A stretch of 64,000 nucleotides of DNA from NCBI GenBank assembly GCA_026026165.1, contig JAPEUD010000006.1, positions 186,001-250,000 on the forward strand, read 5' to 3'. Positions 13,551 through 26,569 of this stretch are shown here, in pieces. Under the pieces are notes generated by a model. That model ran no database searches. It saw only the letters and a program-made list of their open reading frames with translations, and was not told the origin of the DNA. How positions within the stretch are numbered: position 1 is the first letter of the stretch; every line of letters starts with the position of its first letter. The translations under genes and the position numbers were made by a program. The DNA comes from Sarea resinae (lineage: Eukaryota).

Positions 13551-16500
13551 TGTCAGAGCCGGGCGAGATTGGATACGATACTAGAGCGTTGGGACGAACA
13601 TGAGGGAATGGTCAAGGTTCGAAGTGGGCAGTCGGTCGTGACACCGCCCTCTTCGAAGTGCAGTGTGTGCGGTGTGAATGGAGTTGGAGAGTGAAATGGA
13701 AGTCGTGGGGAGTGAAGCGGGCGATGTTCTACTGATACGGGAGCCACAGGCTGTTGGCGAAAGAGCGGTCAGCAGCTCGAGTACGGGACCGGTATGGGAC
13801 AGGTATGGGCGTATGGGCATCGACCATGGACGGCGGACAACCAAGGGTTGTGTGGTAGAGTAGGTACCTAAGGTAGGTAGGTAGGTAGGTACTCGGTAGG
13901 GTACCTACCTAGGTAGTCCAGTAGTACGCCGTACGCAGTCACGAGTAACGGGCACCTTGGGAAGCAAGCGATTCCCGTCTCCACCACTACGAGTACATAG
14001 TACAGTATTCGTCCACGGGTAGTCTGTACCCTCCTGCTACGACTATGTACGATTGCTCCATGCAGTATCTGATGCGACCATGCAATGAAGCTGCACGATT
14101 TATTGGATAGCACGGATAGCACAACCACCAGTGCACGACTACATGGTACATCTGACCATGACCTTGCCCCATGTCCTGGCCATGACCACGACCACGACCA
14201 CCGACCACGATCAGCGCGCCGCGCCCTCGCACACCCGCCCCCTCCCCCTCCACTCCACCCCCAGCCATTCCCACAACCGGACGTATCTGTAGTGCATCTG
14301 GACTCGTGATCACGCTCCACCAGTTGTATCAGAGTCACCACTACTCATGTCAGTACAAAGTGCGCAGTAGTAGGAAAAGCCACCTGTACAACGTACTCTA
14401 CTCGACTCCACTAAGGAGAGCTCTTTGACACTGACACTCTGACATTATCGTCCTCGGCTCTAACCCCCCCTCTTCCCCCTCGTGCTCCATCTATCCGTTG
14501 ATCGACCATATCAGCAGTTTCCTGCACTCTCCTGCTATTCTTATTGCACCGTCAGGTCTGTACTAGGGACGTGCCGGCCGTTATCACTTGCCGCCGCCAA
14601 CCCCTTCTCTTTCGGGGGGGTCAGCATTGACGATCTAATTCTCAAAACTCAAAACTACCTTAGGTATCTAATCAATTAGTATTCGTCCGTCGAAGGCGAT
14701 CAGCACCGCCCTTCTCCCTTCTTAGAGCGACCTCCACACATCGTGGGTTGCATGTCCGAAGGACTTCGTATCCATACGTCCTCTCTCGTACGAACGATGT
14801 ACCCTACTCACTCGAGGACCCCTCGGACCCTGAGTCTAGTAGCCGGCGAGACGCGGAGCCGCTGCGAGGGAATCGTTTGAATCGCTCGTTTAGCCTTGCC
14901 GTCGCGCCCATCAAATTAAGCCACGCCCACAGAATCCATGGATGGCAGAAGACTACTTAGATGAATTACCTAACACCGAGAGGTCGGGGATCTGCAAGCG
15001 CGGGCTCCCTGCCACCCCATCGAAAACATTGAAAAACCCGCGTACGAATACACGACTTCGGCCCCAGCCTGTCGTGTCCCCCCAAGACCGTTATGGAAGA
15101 CACGCGCTTACCAGATCTCGCCTAGACTCAGAGTACTTCTGCGAGTAGTCAGAGAGATCGCCATGGAGTGGCCGACGGGCAGAGCAGTTCGTACGAGTGA
15201 GTAGGCTCCTTCCGTAGCCGAGTACGTATTCGCCAAGGTGAGGGATCACATTCGTGAAACGTTGTCGAGTTCCCCAGTGCGGACCAAGTGCTTGAACGGG
15301 AGGCATGGCAGTCGATTTCGATTACCGGATCCGTTCTGCTTTCCGAGACGCATGGCCCTCGAAGTGAGGGGTCGACATACCTCGTGTACAGGACCCTTAC
15401 TCCCTCGTTGCGGCCGTGGGCAAGGCGGCAACAACGAGAACACATTTCAGCCCTTACCTAGTCTGCCTTAGTAGTGGCATTCGCATGTCTGGCCGAGGTG
15501 TCTATGGAGTACGCAGTTCTGTCCGAGGTCTCGTCCCTTGGGAACGTCGAACGTCGGACGTCGTAGGTCCGCCTCTCAGGCCAGGCTGTCATGATTCCGG
15601 GCTTCGGCCGGCCCCGTCAAGGCACTCAGGGCTTACACGCAGGGCCTCTAAGGTAAGGTAGTACTCTAAGTGCTTGTACATACTATGGTAGTAGTACTCG
15701 CATTTGTGCTAGTGCCAGTACCTTCTCCGCTGCCAATCATGGCTGGCAGCAATGGCCACCAGTCGCGTCGTGCGTTGATGCCATCGGTGGTCCGTGCCAA
15801 CTGAATTATCGATTCACTCCCCGGGACTGGCTGGCTGGCAGCCTGTCTGCTTGCCTGCCACTTTCGGACTGCGAAACCGGGAACGCCCCTCGTTCACGCA
15901 GCGACAGTATTCACTCCATTCACAGGGCCAACAGCACTGGAGCGACGAGCACGTAACAACGATAACGGTTCTGTCAGGCTACAGGCACTTGGCTGTCAAT
16001 TGTTCGCTATACTTCGCGACAGCAGTGTACGGTACTAGGTTTGTACCACATAGGAAGATCAAGTGATGACGCGATTCAATGATGATCCCCGGATGTCGAT
16101 CGCGTTCGAGCCCCTGGGTGCTATGCATCCCTAGATACAGATGTTACCGCTCTTATCTCCTGCCCGCTGATCGGTGCCCCAGTCACTGCTCGGCACTTGG
16201 CGCAATGATCGTGATTATGATCGTGACAATCATTGTAGTCGTCGTTGAGAGCAAATTCGCAGTCAAGAGTATCTCCTCGTTAGGTTTCTGGACCCGGTCT
16301 CCTTCGAATCATGCAAATGGGCGCCGACCAGAAGATGGAGCCGGAATCGACCGTCAAAGCGCATTAAGAAGTTGTAATAATAGTTGCTACCTCAATTTCA
16401 TGTGTATATCGAGCAGGGAGGCCATTCATATTTTCCTGGGCTACATTGGAAACCGGGGGACCTTATGCATTGAGCTATCATGATAGCAACCAACATAAGA

Positions 16501-17094
16501 TAAATCAGTCAGACGATGGCTAAGTAGGTAGCCTACGGCAGAGAAAAACACTCTACCGTTGTGCACTCCCTACTGCTCTTCACGCTTTTTTTTTTTTCAG
16601 AGACCGCGTATTTTGATAGGTTGACGGCATTTAGGAAGTGACCCGCTCCAAGAATCTCAATTGTTTTCCGACTATACCAGCAATACCGTATGAATTGGCC
16701 ACTACCGGGGTCCCGACTGCGAGTGATGGCGGCTCTCACTCCGCCTATCATACCCGCACAGGGACTTAAAGGAGGGTATTCTACCTCGCATGAGTCAAAG
16801 GATGCAATTTTCTCAAATAGATTCCATTCAGAAGTCTGGCAATGCATTGATCATCACATCTGTCTTCGTGTGCTTGAAAGATTAACTGCTTGCTTATTGC
16901 TGATTTGTTCATCTGCTTGATTGAGAATGCACCGTTGCTGAGGTCGAGCACTGCTGAAAGTGACGGGCGCAAGATGTGTCAGCAGGGTAGGCGGCGATAC
17001 CTTAATCGGCGAAATTTGATAGCTCCTGGGATACAAAGAATTAGGAACAATAGCAACGGCATCAAGGTGCCTTCAATGTCCTGGTATACTGCAC

Positions 17095-19052
17095 ATGCCA
17101 TTCCGTCTGAAAAACAAAAGGGCGCGATCTCAAGTACGTTTCATTCACCGGGTACCCGGTCATCCACCTCGAGATCAGAGTCCTTCCAATGCATTGAATG
17201 GTATCCTGTCCGACACTGGAAAATGGCAGCAGACCTCGAGCAAAATGCAAGATACTGAAGTCACTGGTCGCACCTTATTTCATGATCTGGATCCAGGCCC
17301 CGACTCGCCCTATTCTGTATCTGCCAGCTCCAACATGTTGCAAAAAGATTCCCTACTTGTACCAAAGGTGTTCTCGACGTGGCCGCCCATTCGGGACCCG
17401 TTAGTTACTGGAACTTCCGAAGCTCAGGATGAGACCGTGAATGAATGCCTGCCATTTCTCTCTGCCCCCGATGATCCTGACAGCTCTCTCGTGGACTTCA
17501 ATTTTCATGGAATACCAAGACTGGAACGTGAGAAGCACAAAGCCTTTCTGCATAACAGTCTTGGAAACCTGCCCGCGGGATTCGTTGCCGCTGATGCGAG
17601 TCGCCCATGGATGCTATATTGGGCCTTGTCTGGATTGCAACTTCTTGGAGAAGATATCTCGCGCTACCGCGAACGGTATGTACACTCAAAAATCGATTTG
17701 TGATTGCCAACAGTCATTGGGCTTTCCTCTACGAGAGACTAGGCACTGAACCTTCATAGGGTCGTATCCACTCTGACTCCCTTGCAAAACCCTGAAGGAG
17801 GTTTCGGTGGCGGTCATGGGCATATGTCCCACTGTGCTGCTTCATATGCGGCAGTGCTAAGTCTGGCTATGGTTGGAGGTGATGAGGCTCTAAACCTCAT
17901 AAATCGCAAGACTATGTGAGTAAGATTCATCGTAGGTCGTATCCTCCAACTAATGGTCAACAGGTGGAAATGGATTGGGGATCTGAAACAGCCAGATGGC
18001 GGGTTTCGGATGTGCGTTGGTGGGGAAGAGGACGTCAGGTAAGGCTTTTGTGAAAACCGTTGCGGTAGCTCGAGCTAACTCTCCCAGGGGAGCATACTGC
18101 TCAATGGTGATCATATCGTTGCTGAATTTGCCAATGGAGCTACCTCAAACCTCTACAGCAAGGACAGACGCCTGTGCTACGTTTCTCTCCGGGCTACCTG
18201 AGTATCTATCACGATGTACTATTTTGGGTCACTATGACACTAGGATTGTTGCTAACTCACTGCAGGTCAGAGCTTTGAAGGCGGCATTTCTGGTTCACCA
18301 AATACCGAAGCCCATGGCGCTTACGCTTTCTGTGCGCTAGCATGTCTCTGTATTATTGGCGAGCCTCACAAGATGATCCGAGAGTGCGTCTCTTCAGTGT
18401 CTATCTGCTTCTAGTGGCGTTACTGATTTGTTTTGAAAGATATCTCGATGTCGATCTTCTCGTTCACTGGCTCTCTTCTCGCCAATACGCGCCAGAAGGC
18501 GGATTCGCCGGACGTACCAACAAACTTGTCGACGGTTGCTACAGTCATTGGGTTGGCGGATGCTGGCCGCTCATCGAAGCAGCTCTAAACGGTCCAATCT
18601 CCACCGTCACGTCTACTCGACCTATTTGCGGAAGCCTTTACAGCAGAGAAGGCCTGATAAGGTACATCATGTGTTGTTGTCAGGGGACTCGAGGCGGTCT
18701 ACGAGACAAACCAAGCAAGTGAGTGACTTCTGCACCCTGATACATAATGACTAGAAATTTAATCAATCTCAGACGTGTGGATTCTTACCATTCGTGCTAC
18801 ACCTTGGCTGGCCTCAGTTCAGCACAACATTATTCTTTTTATTCGCCGAATGACCTTGGTATCGTCCATTCACCCCTGTCTGCGTCATTTCGTTGGGCCA
18901 GCTCTCGCACTATTCCGACTCCCACTGGCCAAACAGAGGAGCAATTATTTGATGAGGAGGACAGGGTTCAATTGATACACCCCATATATGTACTTCCCTG
19001 GGGAACTGCAGAGAGGACCCGAGCTTGGTATGAAGGAAAAACCGGATTCTGA
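17095..19052 (+). CDS. RAM1: Protein farnesyltransferase beta subunit
   Basis: DASRPWMLYW, GGFGGGHGHMSH, EEDVRGAYC, EAHGAY, GFAGRTNKLVDGCYSHW, GGLRDKP, DSYHSCYTLAGLS motifs across several exons. Start codon uncertain. Confidence 0.93.
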
Positions 19053-22000
19053 TATACGAGCTCGATAAGGGTTCATCTACATCAAAACGCATTCAATACA
19101 AAAATCAGCGATCATTCCAAGCCGGTGCCCTTACCGACTGGTCAGCGAACAATTACAATACGGCAGCGGCGAAGCGATTTCAGCTCGAGTCTTCCGAGAT
19201 CCGCCCGAGCTCTTGATAAGAGCAATCAGAAGCTTCCGCATTACCTTGAATCTATCCCAACTTCCTTCTGCCTCTCTAGCTCATCAAATGAGAAAAGCCG
19301 CTGAGGCCATGTTAATGAGTGATAAGGCCCTATAGTCAGCGAATATTATCTTTGAATATCAGGTGTTTTCAGGTGACAAGCTGCGCCTTGACCTCTATCA
19401 GTATATGAGGCAATGAATTCAGTCAGGCGCCAATTGCAAAGGCCAATTGCCTAGCTATCGTGAACGGCGGGCAATCAATACTTAAGATGGCCGATTATTA
19501 CAGATGAAGGCAAAGGCAGAGAGCACCGATAATGTCAATTCAAAAATAGGAAAGCTCTCAGACACGTAGACCCGGAAATTGATTGTTGAAGTATTCGCGT
19601 GGGACTACAGTTGGAAAAGGCCGTAGGGAGCCCCGTACATGTAACAACCAAAGCGGAGCTTGCATCTTGAAGACAGAGTGGTCATGACTTTGAGTGCACA
19701 ATGCTCGGCGCCTGAGAGTCTCCGATACAAGTGGGCCTATGCCTGCATGAAATCAAGTCGCGTTCTGGCGGTGGATGAAGTGTAAATATGTGGATGTCAC
19801 GTGTCGAGCAAATAAGAAGAGCTCCTAGGGCTGTGGGGTAGGAAAGGGTCCTGGAGATATCTTCTTGACTCAGGAGCCCTGAGCAAAGGCGTTGCGGCGT
19901 GACCGAGACCCGAGACCCGAGCATGTCATAAATCAGCAGCCTCGAAGGGTTGATTGATTGACGACATCGACGCCCAGGCACGGATCGCTTTGCCACGGTC
20001 AGTCCGTGAGGGTAAATAGGCAGGTTGGGAGATAGCTGCTTGAAGCATGCATCTGCGGGAGCTGCATTCCCCGTACTTGCAGCAAATGAAAGCGGGACTG
20101 TGATGGCAGCATGTAGAGCTCATATCCTCTTTCAGGAGATGATATCAAGAACGGGCAATCTCAGTCGAGATATTGCCTGAGTTGATCTTCTTCGACGTCG
20201 TACAAGTAGCATCCCTGGAGGAGTACTGTAGTAGGTACTCCGTAAAACTTCTCTTCAAGCGCCCCAATAGGTGAGCATCACATTAGATGATCATTGTCAT
20301 TGTTAGTCTAGTAGTACTGCCTATACGCAGTAGGGTCCCAGGTAAATGGTCGAAGGAAGAAGCTCGAGGATACCCACCTTGGTAGATCCCTCATGCCACC
20401 GTACTCTGTCCAGGGCTTTGAACTTTGTACTTCAGACGTGCATTCGAACCGAGCCAAAGTCACAGTCACTCGGGCTGTAGCCCAACAGATACCTCTAAAT
20501 CCATTATTGTCATTATTACCCTGACAAGCTTCTGTTCCTGGTCGAAGTCGCTCGTCATCTTTGGATCTGAGATGGTGATCAAGCACTAGGCATGGATAGA
20601 CTGACATTGTCAACTTGGGTTCTATCTTTGCTTGCATTGTTATCATCATGGATGGATGCTGGTCTTGAGTGAAATCGTAAGCCAGCAGCCCTTTCCGTTC
20701 TCTGTTAGCAGCGCTGCACCGGTATGCGGTCTCCTGTTATGGACTTTGGCGCATATGCTGCCGCTAGATGGGACGTCAAGCGTCGTGCCAACTCATCAAT
20801 GCATCTGATGCCTGTCAGGGTCCCCCCGCGACCGCAACCAGTATCACCACTTTCCAGAGCATGTCCTTTCCTTTTTCCTGCTTGCACGGCCATAGCCGCC
20901 ATGGATCTCATGCCAAGTTGGCGATTCGTCAAGATGGTCTTTCAGCTTGCTTATCAACAAAGCACCGGAGTGTTTCCAAAGCATGATAGACACACCAAAG
21001 ACGGAGTACGGATACAACTCATCTGACTACTCCTTCCACTACACACTCTATCTCACTACTACTGGATGCGCATCCACACTTACCCAGATCCTCGGGCTAA
21101 CCACATACACCGACTCCACGCGTTCCGTGAGCACAAGGAAGGCTTCCATGAGTGAGGTATCGATCAGAACATGGCATGGCGTGGCAAAGCAAATGTCCGC
21201 ACAGCAATCCAAACCCTCTCCATCAGCGTACATTCAGATGCTCGCTCCGAGCTTCCTTGATGCCCTCCTCCGCCTTTTAGCAATCCCTCTGCCTTCCGGT
21301 GAGGGGAGAGTCTTCCTGCAACGAGGTCTGACATACCTTTCGTTTTCACCTTACAGATCATGTACTGCATTAGCGTCCGCCGAACGCAACCCTAACGGCG
21401 CGCACTGGGTGAGCCTGTCATATAGGAAATCATGTAAACTTGAGCTGCAAGGTCGCGGGGTAGGTACTCGTTCCTTTATGTTCGACATCTTCGATTTTCA
21501 ATTAGATTGTGGGGCGCGAATAATGCCATATGAGTTCGCCACTCAGACGCGGATATAGCGCCTTGACCCGCAGACAAGCGGAGAAACTCTGCAAGCAGTA
21601 TCAGCGTTTCCTTTCTCGATCGATGCATTGGATTCGCCGTTAATAGGCTCGTCGTGATCGCAATCTCAATGGCTTGGAAGATTCCGTCGTCTGCCGTTGG
21701 TAAAATGGGGAGCCAGCACATCATTATGGGTCTGCCTATAGAGCCTCAACCATGCCTGCAGCATATCTGTTCTGAATTGGCCAATGCCTGTTCATTTCGA
21801 CGAAGCTCGGCTGGCGGTCTCGATCGTGTAAGTCGGATGTAATAAATTACACGTCTCGCTGTTGAAGGGAAGCACTTTACTGTGCCTGAGACTCGCTCCA
21901 CCATTCATCCCACCTTGCAAGTTGTTTTTCCGGCCATATTATCGTCTAGTAAGCAGCACTGCCATACTCCTCAATTGAGCTGTTGACACGCTGCAATTTT

Positions 22001-22202
22001 CATGTTGTACCACAGTGCAAGCTAACGGTTCCAAGCATTGGCAGGCCAAATTATTGGGGAAATTGCCCGATTCTCTCAGCATCATCTCGAGAGCACTTCC
22101 CTCTTTGTCGAACTCATCGTCTGCGTCACCGCCCAATCAATTGCATTAGAAATCTCGTCGAGCCGAAACTGCCAGCATAATCACGTCCACACCACGACAA
22201 TA

Positions 22203-22958
22203 ATGTACTACATTCTCTATCTCTCGAGTAGGTGTCTTCTTGGTTCTCAGTCACCTTCGAGTCCGCTGCTTGTTAGGTGAAATGTATGCACCATCAATTA
22301 GCATTTACTCAGTGCTGCTTGATACCCGGGTCTACGTGTATCTAGGACCCCACGACTCCTCCGATCCAGCCGGCCCGAAGAACGATAAATGCAAAAATGT
22401 TCAATTTCAAAGCCGTTCCGTGTACAACCTCTGTAATTTATTGCGGAATACTGTTCATTGTCCAATCGCTTACTTGTGTTCACATTGTTGGCAATCAGAC
22501 GTTCACGGTCATCAACGGCTAACCACTACTCTCTAATAGGCCTCTGTCGTCGCCGCCATTGGCCTGATCCTCTCTACGAATCTTACCGTACAACTGCCGG
22601 TTACACTTGTACAGTTCGAGTCAACAACCGCGAGTACCAAACAGACACAGTTTACGAGTCTGATACTTTGGCACGAGAGAATGCAGCAATGCGAGCTTAT
22701 CTCATCTGCCGAAATTTCTCTGTCAACGACGGCATGTACCCTGTTGGTCAAAACAAAGGTCGTGGAGCCATCCAGGGTTTGCCGGTGGCGATTGGTACAG
22801 GCAGACGCAATACCTACGTGGACGAATACGACGGCAGTGGGAGCTTTACTTCCAGCGGCAGCAGCCCTTCAAGTAGCGACAGTGGAAGGGAAGCGGATGT
22901 AAGAGGAGGCCGGCCAGTCAGAGTTTCTCGAACATTGGCATACGGTCGCCGGATGTGA
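22203..22958 (+). CDS. Small protein with dsRNA-binding-motif-like fold
   Basis: Exon 1 22203-22227 (MYYILYLS), 312-nt intron GTAGGT...GCTAAC...TAATAG, exon 2 from 22540: LCRRRHWPDPLYE..GYTCTVRVNNREY..LARENAAMRAY, an alpha-beta-beta-beta-alpha dsRBD-like pattern. Confidence 0.72.
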
Positions 22959-23847
22959 GCCCGTTTGGTTCGAGTTGACGGCCAAGCCCACGACGAATGA
23001 CACTGGAAAATATCACGACTGACGAGCTTATAACGACACACATTATGAATAGACGGGTATGACAGAACCGTCTCACGATGATCATACGAATTTTGACGAT
23101 TGCGGTCTATCAAGACATCATAGCGTTGCTTTCTTTTCGAGCCTACGAGCCTCGTCTGACTATCTTTACAGCAGAGGAAATCACTCCAGGCATTTGGCGG
23201 ACTGTCACTGACGGGAATATCTTAAAAGAGCGAAGGAAGATTCTTATGACTCCTGGTTGGCGGGCAGGATTTTGGGGGGAGGTCGTCTCAGTCACATGAG
23301 TCGTGATGGCCTTTTTTTGGACAATTTCTATTCTGATTCTGTCTCTAATGAGCATTGCCTTGTGAGGCGATCGATGAAGATTAGACTTCTAGGCTCACAC
23401 CCGAATGAAGATAATGGTCTGTGACTGATTCATTCGACTCATCGAAATCAATCGAGACTACACTTTGGAGTCTTGCATGATTTTTATACTAGAGTTCGGA
23501 AGAAGAATTACAATCAATGGCGAAAGAATATTGAGTAGTTGCCGAAAACGCAAATTCGCAGGGTCGTGAATTCGTAAATTTCGGCTGAATTGGTGTGGTT
23601 GGTGGTGAAGATCAGCCATGACGTCGATGCCGACTAGGGTCCAGGGAGCCCTGGCATCCATGCCATGCGTTGATGGGAGCTTCCAAGTTTCGTTTCGCCC
23701 CTAACAGTTTGACAGCCAGTTCACCAGCCACAAAAACCATCCATTGATCGACTACACTACGCGATGGCATGGGCACGGCATTTCAGCGGGCTGTCATATG
23801 TGAAATCACTACGAACACCTTTTCTTTGATCGCGTTTCCTACCAAGC

Positions 23848-25449
23848 ATGGCATCCATTGAGGCAACCCATAGCCTCAGGCTCCAAGTAATCACACGGGT
23901 GACGACTGCTTTGAGTAGAAGAGCTGTCCCCCGCAGAGATTGGAACGTCTCTCTCTGTCGGACTTCTCCGAACGTGTCTGGGTTGGTTGCGAAACCCGCC
24001 GCGAACCCGCTACCAAGAAGACTTCATTCGACCACATCCAAATGCTACTCTAGCTCTTCCCACACCCAAGCGGCTCAGAAGCTCAATCAAAAGGGACAAG
24101 ATGCACAGGAGTCAGCTTTTGAAGATGCTATCGGGCAGGAGAAGGAGAAGCAAAAGCGGACGCCCTGGCATCGAGAAGGTCCTCAAACACCTCCAGTGAG
24201 AAGGCAGCGTTCAGCTGGTGCGATGACGAAAGGTATACCCCAAAATTACAAAACCAACACAATCGGCGAATCTCTGACTCTCGGACAGGAAAACTTCTTA
24301 CCACACCATCGCGCTTATTAAAGCTCATACTTCCCCTTGTTACGACTGATAAAAATTCCGATCGCAAAGATATAGAGCCATTAGCATTATTGGTACACCC
24401 ACAACAACCTTTATCGTACCTGGAACGCCTAATTCAATCTGAGCTGCCGACGATCAAGAAAGAAGACGGAGGCGAGAAGTTACCACAAATACATTTCAGG
24501 GCGGAGGATACGGAACAGGATGAGATCCGACCGAAGGAAAAGGCAGAGGACTTAGACGAAGAGTCAAGAAAGAGTTCTGACGAGTCCGGGAAAGCATCGA
24601 AGCCGGCCTCCAGCAACGCTCGTGAGCTGCGAGGAGGTCCAGGAGAAGGAGGCGTCGAGACGTATAGCGGGCTTGGTCATGAGGCAGAGGATCAAGACAG
24701 CCGCAGAAAGAGATTTGTACGCTGGTCATCCTCCACAGAGGTTGGGGACTTCATTCGCGATGCCGCTAGAGGCAAAGAATTTGCCGTGGAGATTGAAGGG
24801 GCCCCGAAGCCCATTTACGTCGGTGTCCCATCATTCGGTGACCGGACTCATTATTTGAGGACACGACTTCGGAAGACATCTAGAAAGCTTATGGATATGG
24901 CAAGCATCAAGGAAGAGTGCGACACGGCAGCACAGAAAGGAGGACAGCGGGTAGCCATGGCTGGCTTCGGTATATTAGTCAGTTGGTGGCTTATAGTATA
25001 CAGGCTCACATTCGAGACTTCTTATGGATGGGACACAATGGAGCCCGTGACGGTAAGCCCTTTTGCTAGACAGGCCTCAAGTGAACCCACTGACACTCGT
25101 CATATAGTATCTGGTCGGACTATCTACCCTAATGGGAGGCTATCTCTGGTTCCTCTACCACAATCGTGAAGTCTCTTACCGTTCCGCTCTCAACCTCACT
25201 ATAAGCCGGCGTCAATCTCGTCTCTATAAGACTAAGGGCTTCGACCTTCAAAGATGGGAGGCTCTTGTCGAAGAAGCGAATGCGCTGCGAAAGGAGATCA
25301 AGGCCGTTGCGAATGAATACGACGTCGACTGGGATGAAAAGATTGACGAGCAGGACCCAAGGGTCACAGAAGCGCTCAAAGAGGATCGGGAGGAAAAGAA
25401 GGAGAAGAATGGAAAGAAGAAAGGGGAGGACCAGGGTGATGATGAATGA
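23848..25449 (+). CDS. MCU: Mitochondrial calcium uniporter
   Basis: R/S-rich presequence, [18 protein letters not shown], two TM helices flanking the pore motif WDTMEPVTY. Introns 24233-24288 and 25053-25107. Confidence 0.92.
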
Positions 25450-25916
25450 CGAGTATCAAGAGACGCTTTTCCCTTCTTATATTCGCAAGCCTAGAAGGCC
25501 GAGAATGCCTGTCGTTGCATACGTCATCTCCTCTTCACTACTCCGTACATGTTTCCTGCACATACGAGCATCAAGTGTCATAGCAAAGGATGGCATGCAC
25601 GTGAAAGACTTCAGACCGGAATAGTTGCACCGATCAGCACCTGGACGGAGTTCACCAGAATTGTCTATATACCTTACTGATTAAAAACAATGAAGACCCA
25701 AATGATGAAAACTGTCCACTAGCAGCTACCCGTACGTCCACTCTAGGTGGCCCCAGGTGGGCTCGGCTACCCAGACAAACCATCAGGACGTTTCGCCTTG
25801 CAAATACAGTCACGCCAAACGCAGAGATTCCGAAAGCATCCCTCATACAGCAACAACACTCCCGACCAATATCAACAGCATCAAGAACATCAAGAGCACC
25901 AAGAATACCGAGAACA

Positions 25917-26569
25917 TCACGTATTCCGAACCGGATCCCAGTAGCCGCCGGCACTTCTTCCTGGACTCAGTGAACCATCGGAAGATGTATCGGGGAGATC
26001 ATCTGAAAAGCGGATCGCCTTGTCAACGCTGCATCTCCATAGCACAAGAATGATAGGCTTGCCTTCAAAGATATCAGGACTATCCCGGCTCGCTCCAGAG
26101 CCGTTTCTGAGACCCTTATTACGCCCACGATTGTTTCGCCGATCGGTATTGCGGAAACTATGCCACAACAGCCATCGGATGATCCAGTTGTCCGTGTTGC
26201 CCTTCTCGTCGGTGAACCAGCCCTTGGTATACCAAACTTTGGTGGCTGGACTCGCAGTTGCCCAGATCACTCTGATGGCATTGTCTATTGGCGCTTGTTC
26301 CATCTGGGCCCAGGAGAAATTCGGTTTTATTCTCGGGTCATCTCTGAGGTGCGCCTTCAGATTGCTTCGGTCGGCGTTGAGCTGCTTGTGTAGTGGTTTT
26401 CTCTCTTCCTGGCCACCGTCAGCTTGGCCTTTCATCCCTGTGTGCCGAATCATTGTCATACCCTCATCGTCTTGTACAAGAGCTTATGCTCTTCATTTTC
26501 GGCGCTCAGACCTAGCCGCTGGAAGAACTCCCGTACCGACAAGGACGGACCAAGCCCGGAGTTGGCCAT
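25917..26569 (-). CDS. Small fungal hypothetical protein (NWIIRWLLWH...YWDPVR)
   Basis: ATG at 26569, exon 1 of 36 codons, 53-nt intron 26461-26409 (GTATGA..GCTGAC..CAG) in phase with ORF 25917..26459. Possible second in-frame GC-AG intron 26062-26003. Confidence 0.65.

Noticed and set aside
16690..17094. Short ORFs upstream of RAM1 as a separate gene
   Set aside because: No motifs or consistent splice model.
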